From contig JAZKXV010000028.1 in assembly GCA_045611785.1 (NCBI GenBank), forward strand, positions 4,061 through 68,060: DNA of 64,000 nt. The letters are read 5' to 3'. Below, one piece after another: positions 50,755 to 60,699 of the stretch; position 1 is the first letter of the stretch, and each line of letters starts with the position of its first letter. This DNA comes from Alphaproteobacteria bacterium (lineage in GTDB: Bacteria > Pseudomonadota > Alphaproteobacteria > RF32 > CAG-239). A model generated the notes under the pieces. It had not been told where the DNA came from and made no database searches. It saw only the letters and a program-made list of their open reading frames with translations. The position numbers and the translations under genes were made by a program.

Positions 50755-52047
50755 ATGGATAAGATCAAAATCAGAGGTGGAAATCAACTTAATGGTAAGA
50801 TTTATATAAGCGGTGCTAAAAATGCAGCATTACCTTTGGTTTGCGCATCTCTTCTTACTAAAGAATCGGTAACTTTAACAAACATGCCAATGTTATCAGA
50901 TATAAAATCTTTAAACTCGTTGTTGTCTGTTTTGGGAACAAAGATTGAAGAAAAGATTGAAACAAAAGGCAGCTACGAATCTAAAACATATATATATACA
51001 AACGAAACTTTTGACAGTTTAGTTGCTCCATACGATTATGTTCGCAAAATGCGCGCATCATATTATGTGTTAGGTCCGTTACTTGCAAGAGAAGGCCATG
51101 TTGAACTTTCTCTTCCGGGTGGTTGTGCAATTGGTGCAAGACCAATGGATATACACCTTAATTCTTTAGAATTGATGGGTGCCAAAATTGAAATTAAGAA
51201 CGGCTACGTAATTGCTGATGCAGAAGGTGGCTTAAAAGGTGCTCATGTAATTTTCCCTAAAGCATCTGTCGGTGCAACATGTAACATTTTGATGGCAGCA
51301 GTTTTAGCAAAAGGTACAACACGAATCGAAAATGCCGCAAAAGAACCAGAAATTACAGACTTGATAGATTTATTGGTTAAAATGGGTGCCAAAATTGAAG
51401 GTCGTAACACATCTATTTTAACTGTCGAAGGTGTGGAATCGTTAAAAGGAGCTGAACACGAAGTTGTTGCTGACCGTATCGAAGCCGGATCATACGCAAT
51501 TGCTGCGGCAATAACAAAAGGTAATATTGAGTTAGTTAACGCAAAAGCAGAGCATTTACAAACTCCGCTTAATATTTTGCGTAATATGGATATCAAAATT
51601 ACGGAAACAGATAATAGTGTTATTGTTGATGCCAGAAATGCTTTAATGCAAGGTCAAGATATTATGACAGATTATTATCCTGGTTTTCCGACAGACTTGC
51701 AGGCACAATTTATGGCTTTGATGACAGTTGTTCCAGGAGCATCTTTAGTTAGTGAAAATATTTGGGAAAACAGATTTATGCATGTGCCGGAGTTGATGCG
51801 TATGGGTGCAAACATAAATGTTCACGGTTATGCATCTGCAATTGTAAGAGGTGTTAAAAAGCTTTCAGGCGCACCTGTTATGGCAACTGATTTAAGAGCT
51901 TCATTTGCTTTGGTTTTAGCCGGCCTTGTTGCAGAAGGTGAAACAATTGTTAACCGCGTTTACCACCTTGACAGAGGTTATGAGCGTTTAGAAGAAAAAT
52001 TAAAAGCAGTTGGTGCCGATATTGAAAGAATCAGAATACCGGATTAA
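50755..52047 (+). CDS. murA: UDP-N-acetylglucosamine 1-carboxyvinyltransferase
   Basis: MDKIKIRGGNQLNGKIYISGAKNAALP, typical MurA N-terminus. 430 aa. Confidence 0.95.
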   Translation: MDKIKIRGGNQLNGKIYISGAKNAALPLVCASLLTKESVTLTNMPMLSDIKSLNSLLSVLGTKIEEKIETKGSYESKTYIYTNETFDSLVAPYDYVRKMRASYYVLGPLLAREGHVELSLPGGCAIGARPMDIHLNSLELMGAKIEIKNGYVIADAEGGLKGAHVIFPKASVGATCNILMAAVLAKGTTRIENAAKEPEITDLIDLLVKMGAKIEGRNTSILTVEGVESLKGAEHEVVADRIEAGSYAIAAAITKGNIELVNAKAEHLQTPLNILRNMDIKITETDNSVIVDARNALMQGQDIMTDYYPGFPTDLQAQFMALMTVVPGASLVSENIWENRFMHVPELMRMGANINVHGYASAIVRGVKKLSGAPVMATDLRASFALVLAGLVAEGETIVNRVYHLDRGYERLEEKLKAVGADIERIRIPD

Positions 52048-52069
52048 AAACATATTGAAAGGGATGATA

Positions 52070-52441
52070 ATGAAGAAAATGTGGGCAATGTTTTGTGTCG
52101 CACTGATGTTAGGTTGTACACAAAAAAATGTGGTTTTGAGCGGTGAATATAAAATGCAAAATGCACCTGAAAATGCTGAAGTAAGTATAGTTTTTGATGG
52201 AAACAGTTTTGCCGGACAGTCTGCTGTTAACAGATATTTTGGTACGTTTGAACAAAGCTCTGAAAATATTAAATTTAATGTTAATGGTACAACCATGATG
52301 ATGGGACCGCAGAGCTTAATGCTTTTTGAACAAGAGTATATTAAAAACTTAAGCCAAATTAACAAAATAGAGCAAAATAAAAATGTTTTGACCTTAAAAA
52401 ATGATAATAAAGAGATATATACTTTTATTAAAACTAAATAA
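52070..52441 (+). CDS. small lipoprotein with a META/HslJ-like domain
   Basis: Lipobox LMLGC. AVNRYFGTFE...GTTMMMGP resembles the DUF306/META signature. AAGGGAT Shine-Dalgarno. Confidence 0.55.
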   Translation: MKKMWAMFCVALMLGCTQKNVVLSGEYKMQNAPENAEVSIVFDGNSFAGQSAVNRYFGTFEQSSENIKFNVNGTTMMMGPQSLMLFEQEYIKNLSQINKIEQNKNVLTLKNDNKEIYTFIKTK

Positions 52442-52512
52442 TACGTTATCTAAATATTAACTAATTTTCTGATACAAATAGCTAAAACTTTTAATTATAA
52501 AGAGGGATAGCT

Positions 52513-55500
52513 ATGCGTAAAAACTCAATATTTCGTACTATTTTTGCATTTATTGCTGCTTTGTGTTTCAGTTATAACACATATGCAGCTTCATCTGCAG
52601 TTGTAAATTCTTTGTACAATTATGCACGTACTAAGCAGATAACTAAAGCCAGATACGTGATTAATAATATGGGTTACAAAGTTGACACTAAGGATGAAGA
52701 CGGTAATACCGCTTGGTGTATTGCTAAAGCTAAGAATGATATGCGTGCCATGGAAGTTCTACAACAACTTGGTGCAAATATAGATCAAAGCTGCGGTATG
52801 CCTTGGGGTACAATAGGAACTGTTTCTGCAGTTGCTGTTGCCGGCGGTGCTGCTGCAGCTCTTGGCGGCGGAGGCGGCGGAGGCGGCGGAAGCGGTTCTT
52901 GCTCCGACGTAGAATGTGGAGAAAATGCACACTGTGATAAGGGTGCATGTGTATGCGATAGTGGGTTTTTAGATACAGAAGGCGATGGTAAATGTTATGC
53001 TGACTTAAAATGCGGTGAGCAAAAACACTCCATCGGTAAACAATATAAAAATTCTTGTGTTTGTGAGTTAGGCTATGACGGAACATTGTGTGAAAAATGT
53101 GCTCCGGGTTATGATGTATATAATACTGATGAATGTCACTTAACAAAGATATGCCAAAACAACGGTAGACAAGAAGGCGATGAATGTTTGTGTATCAATG
53201 GTTGGACAGGTGATTTGTGCCAAACATGTGACGGTTTCATAGGCGATGATGGTGTATGCTATCCTTTACAAAATTGCCAACATGGTGGTAAACAATATAG
53301 AGATGAATGTAACTGCGAATCCGCAAACGGTTGGACCGGCGAGTTCTGTGATGTTTGTGAAAACTTTGAAGGAACAGATGGTGTTTGCTACGAAGTTTTA
53401 GAGTGTAAATATGGTGGTAAACAAGTTAACGGCGAATGTGATTGTTCAACAGCAAACGGTTGGACCGGCGAATTTTGTGATGTTTGTGACGGTTTTGTAG
53501 CTGACAACGGCGTATGCTATCCTTTACAAAATTGCCAACATGGCGGTAAACAATATAGAGATGAATGTAACTGCGAATCCGCAAACGGTTGGACCGGCGA
53601 GTTCTGTGATGTTTGTGAAAAGTTTGAAGGTGAAGACGGTGGCTGCTATGAAGTGTTAGAATGTAAAAACGGCGGTACACAAGTTAACAATGCTTGTGAA
53701 TGTGCAAACGGTTGGACCGGCGAATTCTGTGATGTTTGTGAAAACTTTGAAGGCTCTGACGGCGGTTGTTATGAAGTTTTATCATGTCAACACGGTGGTT
53801 ATCAAGTTAACGGAACATGCGAATGTTCAACAGCTAGCGGTTGGACCGGTGAACTTTGTGAAGTTTGCGACGGTTTTATAGGTGACAACGGTGTTTGCTA
53901 TGAAGATTTAGGTTGTACTACAAAAGGCGGTAAACAATATAGAGATACCTGCGATTGTTCAACTGCACAAGGTTGGGGAGGTGAACGTTGTGACGAATGT
54001 TCAACAATCGGCAAATTTGAAGGCTCTGACGGTGTTTGTTATGAAACATTAGCATGTGAAAACGGCAGTGTGCAAGATAATGCAATTTGTAACTGTGTCG
54101 ATGGATGGGAAGGTACATTGTGTAACGAATGTAGCACTGTCGGTAAGTTTGAAGGAACAGATGGCGTTTGTTATGAAAAATTAGAGTGCGTTCGTGGCGG
54201 TGTACAAGTTAACGGCGAATGTGATTGCTCAGCAGCAAACGGTTGGACCGGTACACTTTGTGATGTTTGTGACGGCTTCTTTGCAGACAACGGTTACTGT
54301 TATGAAGCTTTAGACTGTGATGATCATGGTGGTTTCCAATATAGAGATACTTGTGACTGCTCAACAGCAAAAGGTTGGGGTGGCGATCTTTGTAACGAAT
54401 GTTCAAGCATAGATAAAGTTGAAGGAACAGATGGCTTTTGTTATGAAAAATTAGATTGTGCTAATGATGGAACACAAGTTAACGGCTACTGTGTTTGCGC
54501 TGGCAACTGGGGTGGCGATCTCTGTAATGAATGTACAGGTTTTGAAGGTGCTGACGGTGGTTGTTACGATGTGTTAGAATGTGAAAACGGCAGTACACAA
54601 GTAAACGACTCTTGCGGATGTATCAATGGTTGGAGCGGCACAACTTGTGGCGAGTGCGTAGGTTCTGCAAAAGATGGCGTTTGTTATGCTCCTATGGGTT
54701 GCGCAAACGGTGGTGTTCAAGAAGGTGATGTATGTAACTGCGAATCTGCAAATGGTTGGGGCGGAGCACTTTGTGATGAATGTTCAACCATAGGCAAAGC
54801 AGAAGGAACGGACGGCATTTGTTATGATAAAATTGAGTGCGGTCACGGCGGTTTACAAGTTAACAACACATGTAATTGCGAATCTGCAAATGGTTGGGGC
54901 GGCAATCTTTGTAATGAATGTGAAAGTATCGGACGTTATGAAGGCGACGATGGTATTTGTTATGGCCCTAAAGGTTGTGTAAACGGTTCACAAACAGGAA
55001 ACGAATGTATTTGTACAAACGGTTGGGAAGGCACATTGTGTGATGAGTGCGAATCGGTTGGCAGATTTGAAGGTGCAGACGGTTCTTGTTATGTTGCAAT
55101 AAACTGCGGAGAACACGGAACTCAATTTAACAACACATGTGTTTGTGACGAAGGTTATACACGTAATTCTACAGGTGTGTGTGTAGCAGAGTCTGTAGCT
55201 GATAAAGTTGCTGCAAGTAACGAAAGAAATGCAAACTTTGTATTTGCTCCTGAAGAGGATGAAACAAATACATCAGGAACAAAAAACTGGACTAACTATA
55301 GCAATGACAACTACTATGGTAAAAAGTATGATGACGATGTTAACAGTCCGGTAGGTGACATTGTTGGTGATCAATATAACTTGTATATGGCATATGTTTT
55401 AAACCAAAATACTGGAGTTTCTGAGTTAGTTCAAGATGTAACAGTTAACTTAAACAACTATGGTGACGGTAATGTTTATGGTATTGCATCTGATGCAAAC

Positions 55501-58500
55501 GTTAACAACATTTTGTTATCATATCTTGAATTAAGAGAAAATTTGGTTGATGGAGCAGATAAAAGACAAAATGTTAGCCTCATTGTTAATAACGGTGGAG
55601 AAATGAGAGCTGAAGATGGCTCAATATTGTATCCCGGTGAAAATATAATATCAGGCGGTAATGGTGCAACAGTAGGTGTTGTTGGTACATCATCAAATTT
55701 ATATAATATGGTAGAATATGTGTTTGCAGGTGTTACAAACAATGTAGAGCGTTCATCATTAATTAAGGTTACAAGTGCGGGCTCAGGCGACACTATCGGT
55801 ATGGCTACTGCAGATGGTAATATTAATAATGGTTTGTTCAGTGTGACAGGTTATGATATGCTTACTTATACAGGCCACAATGTTGTAACAGATAAGGCAG
55901 TGGTAGAAGTAGAAAATACGGCCGATGGTCTGGCTGCAGGTCTTTATAGTTTATTTTCAGGAACTGTTACAAACTCCGGTATTGTTACTGTGAAATCTAA
56001 TAAAGGTGTGGCTGCGGGTCTAGTTAGCCAACTCACAATTACTAACAGCGGTAAAGTAGATGTAAGCAGTGCATTTGGTGATGTATTTGGTATTTATTCT
56101 AATTCTAGTGTTACAAACTCCGGTACAGTTGATGCTCAAACTGGTGGTAGCAATGTTACCGCTATTAATGCTACAAATATAACAAACTCTGGAGGTGTTT
56201 CTGCAACAACTACAGCAGATGGTGCAGAAGCCTATGGTTTAAAAGGAAACGGTAATGTTGGAAATGAAGATGAGATTATTGTTTCAGCTAAAGGAAATGC
56301 ATACGGTATACACAATAAAGGAACCACAAGAAACATCGGCGTTATAGATGTGGCATCAAGTACAGCCAAAGCTGTTGGTATATTGACTGAAGGAGATGTT
56401 CGTAACGATGGCGAGATATATGTTGAAGGTTTCAATGCTATTGGTATGGAGGTAACCAATTATACTGATTTAGAGAATACTGGAACAATAGATGTTTCTT
56501 CATTGATGAATGGTGAAGCGTATGGTGTTTGCACGCTTACAAACTCACATGGTACATTTACCAACTCTGGAGAGATTTCGGTTGTTTCCGATCTCAATGC
56601 ATATGGTGTTTATGCTGTAGATACAGACATTAATAACACAAATAATATAAATGTAGTATCATATAATGGGGATGCTGTAGGTATTAATCATGCCGAAGGT
56701 TCTTGGGGCGATGAAATTTATGATCATAGTAACGTAGGATCTATTAGTGTAACAGCATCTATGGGTGATGCATACGGGGCTTCCTTAGATATTTCAAATT
56801 TTTACAATAATAACATTATAGAAGCAATTTCTGATCATGGTATAGCATATGGTATTTCTGCAGATAGATCATATATTGAAAACAGTGGAAGCATACAAGC
56901 ATCATCAGCATATGATGGTCAGGCAACAGGTATTGAAGTTTCTAGCAGTACTGTAGATAACTATTCTCAGATTACTGTAAGCACTATAGAAGGAAATGCA
57001 TATGGTATTTTTGCTATGGGTGGAAACATCAGAAGCAATGGAGATATTGTTGTTTCATCTGAAGATGGTGATGTACAAGGTATTTCTGGCGATGCTAAAG
57101 TTGAAAACTATGGAAGCATACAAGCATCATCAGAAAGCGGCAATGTGATTGCTATAAACTCTGTTGATAATGAAGTCTTAAATGAAGACGTGGGATATAT
57201 TTATGCAATCTCTGACATTGGTAAAGTATGGGGTATTTTAGGTGATGCGTCAACCATTACAAACAATGGAGAAATTGAAGTTGATAGCAACAATACTGAT
57301 CTTTCAGGTTATGCTGCATATGGTATTTCAAATGTTGGAGGAATTATTACCAATAACGGAAGTATTGTTGTAGACGGATATACTAAACTTATAGGTATTA
57401 GTAGTAGCGGAAATGTTACCAACAATGGTTCTGTGGCAGTTTCTTCTGTAGGTGAATCATACGGTTTAGTATTAAATTCTACTTATCAAGCATTAAACGC
57501 CGGAACTATAACTTCAATTTCTACCGGAAACATTGCTACAGGTGTATGGGCGACAGAAACTGAAAGCTTTCAGAATACAACTGCCGGATCAATCATAGTA
57601 GAAACTAGTAACGATGCATATGGTATAAGAGGTGTAAATGCCTATAATATCAGAAATGATGGAAGTTTGAATATAACATCATTTGGAGATGCATATGGTA
57701 TATATGCTAGTGGAAGCGATGCTATATATAACAGTGGTTCAATTATAACTACAAGTTTTGAGAACGATTCAAATGGTGTGTTACAAGAAGGTGGATTGTT
57801 CCATAATGAAGACCTTGGTGTAATTAGAGCAGAAACAACAGCAGGTGAGGCATATGCTGTAGCTTCTTATGGCGGAACCGTTGTAAACGATGGCGAAATC
57901 CGTGCAGTATCAGCTGAAAACACTGCAATAGGTATTTATGCTGATTCTTCTCAAGTGGTAAACAATGATACAATCACTGTAGATTCAACAAATGGTATAG
58001 CATGTGGTATTTATGCTGAAGAAAGTGAAATAATAAACAACGGAACTATTGTTGTAAAATCAATCAATGGTGATGCATATGGTATTTTTGCTAATGGCGG
58101 AACTGTTACAAACTCCGGTACCATTACAGTTCAAGATGTAAGTTGTATAGGAGATACATGTGACGGTGGTGCATCACATATTGTACTTAACAATGGTGCT
58201 GTATATATCAACTCAGGTGTAACCTCATATGAAATGAGCTTAAATTTGGATGCATTCGGCGGAACAACATTGTTGGGTAAAAATGGTGTGTTTGAAGCAG
58301 AATCAATCAGTGGTACTTTGGGTGTAGATTCAAGTGTGGTTGCAGAAGGCTTTGAAGATACATATGTTGAACAAGCTGCTCTTAAGAGTGAAGAAATCGA
58401 TGTTGATGTGTTCTCAAATTCTGCAATGTTTGAAGCAAGTGTTGAACAAGATCAAACAGACACAGCAAATGTTGTTATGACACGTAAGTCTTTTGAAGAA

Positions 58501-59541
58501 TTGTCTTCAACTTCAGCAATTGCACAGTTCTTAGAAGAAAACTATAAGAACAAAAACAACTCTTTGTTGTTCAGCGAGCTCAAAAAAGCTGATACAGCAA
58601 GCTATGACACAACCGAAGCTCAAGCTTTAGGATATGCTTTGTTGCCAAACTTTGCACATGAAAACATGAATGTGTTCAGAAACTTAAATGCAACATTGAC
58701 CGATGAGTTGTTTACAGCAACAGGTGTTGAACGCAAGATGGTAGGATATGACTATTTGTATCAATCTCGTGATGATATAGGTACATTAAGCGGTTATGAA
58801 AACTATGCTAACACAATGTACTTTATGTATGACGTGGAAGGCGATGACCTTATCAGAAGAGGTTTTGGTATGAGCATAACCCAATTCAGAAGCGACTATG
58901 AAGACGATTCAAACCGCAAAGATTTGGTTGTACAAGCTTTAATTCCGGTTTCTTATGTTGATGAAAACGGCTTTAACTTTGCAACAGTTCTTCGTGCCGG
59001 TTATTCAGACGGCGAATATGAACGTCAATCTTTGAACAAGAAGTTTGAAGCAGATCTTACATCTTGGGTATATGGTTTGAGCAATGCCGTTAAATATAAC
59101 ATTAACTTAGGCTTTATGGTTGTTGAACCAACTGCAGAGTTAAATGTATTGGGCTTCTATCAAGATGAAATTGACGAAGGCGACAATGCTAGTGCATTAA
59201 AAGTTGATGCTCAAAATCATTTATCTGTTGAGGCAGGTGTTGGCTTGAACTTAAGAAAAGATGTTGAATTAAGCCATAAGAGCCGTTTGAGCTTTAAGGC
59301 AGGCGCAATGTACTATCATGAATTTGCTAAGCCTTATTATGACTTAGACGCTTCAATGAACGGAATGAGCGGCTCATATAATATTACAGATTATGAAAGA
59401 GTTTATGATCGTGATAGAGCTGTGTTGAGCGGACAAATTGACTTTAGTTATAAACCGTTCACATTCTATGGTAAGTTCAAACAGTTTATTGAAGACGATA
59501 ATCCGTTTGAAGTAAACGCAGGTATTAAATTTAACTTCTAA
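52513..59541 (+). CDS. giant (2342 aa) type Va autotransporter: signal peptide, poly-Gly linker, about 25-30 tandem EGF-like cysteine-rich repeats, ~1200-aa beta-helix repeat passenger, C-terminal ~280-aa translocator beta-barrel
   Basis: Signal peptide MRKNSIFRTIFAFIAALCFSYNTYA. GGGGGGGGSGS. Repeats of C-x-C-x2-G-W-x-G-x2-C-x2-C matching the EGF-like signature C-x-C-x(2)-[GP]-[FYW]-x(4,8)-C. Periodic NSG...(D/N)AYGI rungs. Amphipathic beta-strands ending ...GIKFNF. Confidence 0.8.
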   Translation: MRKNSIFRTIFAFIAALCFSYNTYAASSAVVNSLYNYARTKQITKARYVINNMGYKVDTKDEDGNTAWCIAKAKNDMRAMEVLQQLGANIDQSCGMPWGTIGTVSAVAVAGGAAAALGGGGGGGGGSGSCSDVECGENAHCDKGACVCDSGFLDTEGDGKCYADLKCGEQKHSIGKQYKNSCVCELGYDGTLCEKCAPGYDVYNTDECHLTKICQNNGRQEGDECLCINGWTGDLCQTCDGFIGDDGVCYPLQNCQHGGKQYRDECNCESANGWTGEFCDVCENFEGTDGVCYEVLECKYGGKQVNGECDCSTANGWTGEFCDVCDGFVADNGVCYPLQNCQHGGKQYRDECNCESANGWTGEFCDVCEKFEGEDGGCYEVLECKNGGTQVNNACECANGWTGEFCDVCENFEGSDGGCYEVLSCQHGGYQVNGTCECSTASGWTGELCEVCDGFIGDNGVCYEDLGCTTKGGKQYRDTCDCSTAQGWGGERCDECSTIGKFEGSDGVCYETLACENGSVQDNAICNCVDGWEGTLCNECSTVGKFEGTDGVCYEKLECVRGGVQVNGECDCSAANGWTGTLCDVCDGFFADNGYCYEALDCDDHGGFQYRDTCDCSTAKGWGGDLCNECSSIDKVEGTDGFCYEKLDCANDGTQVNGYCVCAGNWGGDLCNECTGFEGADGGCYDVLECENGSTQVNDSCGCINGWSGTTCGECVGSAKDGVCYAPMGCANGGVQEGDVCNCESANGWGGALCDECSTIGKAEGTDGICYDKIECGHGGLQVNNTCNCESANGWGGNLCNECESIGRYEGDDGICYGPKGCVNGSQTGNECICTNGWEGTLCDECESVGRFEGADGSCYVAINCGEHGTQFNNTCVCDEGYTRNSTGVCVAESVADKVAASNERNANFVFAPEEDETNTSGTKNWTNYSNDNYYGKKYDDDVNSPVGDIVGDQYNLYMAYVLNQNTGVSELVQDVTVNLNNYGDGNVYGIASDANVNNILLSYLELRENLVDGADKRQNVSLIVNNGGEMRAEDGSILYPGENIISGGNGATVGVVGTSSNLYNMVEYVFAGVTNNVERSSLIKVTSAGSGDTIGMATADGNINNGLFSVTGYDMLTYTGHNVVTDKAVVEVENTADGLAAGLYSLFSGTVTNSGIVTVKSNKGVAAGLVSQLTITNSGKVDVSSAFGDVFGIYSNSSVTNSGTVDAQTGGSNVTAINATNITNSGGVSATTTADGAEAYGLKGNGNVGNEDEIIVSAKGNAYGIHNKGTTRNIGVIDVASSTAKAVGILTEGDVRNDGEIYVEGFNAIGMEVTNYTDLENTGTIDVSSLMNGEAYGVCTLTNSHGTFTNSGEISVVSDLNAYGVYAVDTDINNTNNINVVSYNGDAVGINHAEGSWGDEIYDHSNVGSISVTASMGDAYGASLDISNFYNNNIIEAISDHGIAYGISADRSYIENSGSIQASSAYDGQATGIEVSSSTVDNYSQITVSTIEGNAYGIFAMGGNIRSNGDIVVSSEDGDVQGISGDAKVENYGSIQASSESGNVIAINSVDNEVLNEDVGYIYAISDIGKVWGILGDASTITNNGEIEVDSNNTDLSGYAAYGISNVGGIITNNGSIVVDGYTKLIGISSSGNVTNNGSVAVSSVGESYGLVLNSTYQALNAGTITSISTGNIATGVWATETESFQNTTAGSIIVETSNDAYGIRGVNAYNIRNDGSLNITSFGDAYGIYASGSDAIYNSGSIITTSFENDSNGVLQEGGLFHNEDLGVIRAETTAGEAYAVASYGGTVVNDGEIRAVSAENTAIGIYADSSQVVNNDTITVDSTNGIACGIYAEESEIINNGTIVVKSINGDAYGIFANGGTVTNSGTITVQDVSCIGDTCDGGASHIVLNNGAVYINSGVTSYEMSLNLDAFGGTTLLGKNGVFEAESISGTLGVDSSVVAEGFEDTYVEQAALKSEEIDVDVFSNSAMFEASVEQDQTDTANVVMTRKSFEELSSTSAIAQFLEENYKNKNNSLLFSELKKADTASYDTTEAQALGYALLPNFAHENMNVFRNLNATLTDELFTATGVERKMVGYDYLYQSRDDIGTLSGYENYANTMYFMYDVEGDDLIRRGFGMSITQFRSDYEDDSNRKDLVVQALIPVSYVDENGFNFATVLRAGYSDGEYERQSLNKKFEADLTSWVYGLSNAVKYNINLGFMVVEPTAELNVLGFYQDEIDEGDNASALKVDAQNHLSVEAGVGLNLRKDVELSHKSRLSFKAGAMYYHEFAKPYYDLDASMNGMSGSYNITDYERVYDRDRAVLSGQIDFSYKPFTFYGKFKQFIEDDNPFEVNAGIKFNF
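53263..53765 (+). repeat. near-identical ~250-bp direct DNA repeats inside the EGF-like region of the autotransporter gene
   Basis: The segment CTATCCTTTACAAAATTGCCAACATGG[T/C]GGTAAACAATATAGAGATGAATGTAACTGCGAATCCGCAAACGGTTGGACCGGCGAGTTCTGTGATGTTTGTGAAAA occurs at about 53263 and again at about 53518. Confidence 0.8.
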
Positions 59542-59557
59542 GTTAAACTTGAAACAA

Positions 59558-59590
59558 AAAAAGGCATCATCAATTTGATGCCTTTTTTGT
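59558..59590 (+). terminator. intrinsic terminator after the autotransporter gene
   Basis: AAAAGGCATCAT-CAATTT-GATGCCTTTTTT. Confidence 0.75.
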
Positions 59591-59927
59591 TGTGCCTGAT
59601 AATGACAGTTAAAAGCTGTGCATATATACGACAACAAAAAATCGAAATAAAAACATTGACATTTGATTTAATTTGTACTAACACTTTTATTAAGTGGTCG
59701 AGTTGGCCACTTGGAACTTAACAATTCCTTGGTAACGCGTCTTAGTATAGGGACGTTAAAATTTATACGCCGACTGGTTATTTCATAAATGGCTGGAAGG
59801 CGGTAAAATAAACCTTGCGGTCAATATACCGCGCTATCTCGTTATCATAGTTGTTAACTTCCAGTCGCTTCTTTTATAGGGCGATTTTTTTTATTTAAGT
59901 AACTTACATAAAAAAAGGAAGATAATT

Positions 59928-60644
59928 ATGAAATATGTAAATGAAAATGGTAGAAGTATGGTTGAAATGCTCGGCGTTTTAGCTATTATCGGTGTGCTTT
60001 CAGTTGGCGGTATTGCCGGTTATTCTAAAGCAATGAACAAATTTAAAGTCAACAAAACAACTGACCAAGTTTCAATGTTAGTGGCTAATATCAGAACAAT
60101 TTATTCTACACAAGGAAACTACAAAGGTTTAAATGAAGCTGCTGCTATTAGCTTTGGCGTTGTTCCAAATGATATGATTGATGGTACTAGCCTTAAAAAT
60201 GCATTTGGCGGTGCTGTATATATTAAAGCTGCTGCAGCTCGTTCTACAGCTACTGCTGCACCTGAAGCATTTATCATTGAATATCAAGGGTTATCACAAG
60301 AAGCTTGTGTAACCATCGCAACAGGTGACTGGGGTTCTGGTCAATCTTCAGGCTTATTAGGTATTGCTGCTGCTGGTTCTGCAGGTGCTGGTGGTGTTTT
60401 AGCTTCTACTTATACAGATAGTGTTACTGTAGGTCAAATAGGTACATTTACTGAAGTTGGTGGAACTGCTAGTGGAGGAACAACTCCAAGTCCTAGTGCA
60501 GGTGCAGCAGCAGGTTTAGCTTTAGCTGCTCCAGGTGCTACTGAATCTGGCAGCCTTTATCCAACACCAATGCCTGTTACTGCAGCTGTTACTGCTTGTA
60601 ACGGTACAGGTACTGTTAACTCAGTTGCTTGGAAATACTACTAA
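59928..60644 (+). CDS. type IV pilin-like protein (prepilin-type N-terminal cleavage/methylation domain) with a Gly/Ala/Thr/Pro-rich C-terminal half
   Basis: MKYVNENG|RSMVEMLGVLAIIGVLSVGGIAGY: class III leader with Glu at +5 and a hydrophobic helix. AGGAAG Shine-Dalgarno. Confidence 0.65.
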   Translation: MKYVNENGRSMVEMLGVLAIIGVLSVGGIAGYSKAMNKFKVNKTTDQVSMLVANIRTIYSTQGNYKGLNEAAAISFGVVPNDMIDGTSLKNAFGGAVYIKAAAARSTATAAPEAFIIEYQGLSQEACVTIATGDWGSGQSSGLLGIAAAGSAGAGGVLASTYTDSVTVGQIGTFTEVGGTASGGTTPSPSAGAAAGLALAAPGATESGSLYPTPMPVTAAVTACNGTGTVNSVAWKYY

Positions 60645-60670
60645 AAACCTTACATATTCCTAAGGTTATA

Positions 60671-60697
60671 CTTACAAAACTTACAAAACTTACAAAA
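60671..60697 (+). repeat. 9-bp tandem repeat CTTACAAAA x3
   Basis: Read directly from the sequence, immediately after the pilin stop. Confidence 0.8.
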
Positions 60698-60699
60698 AA

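Noticed and set aside
52730-54406. Several 63-138-aa minus-strand ORFs (His/Arg/Leu-rich) within the autotransporter gene
   Set aside because: They are antisense to the Cys/Gly-rich EGF-like repeat region. Their low-complexity composition comes from reverse-complemented GGT/TGT-rich codons.
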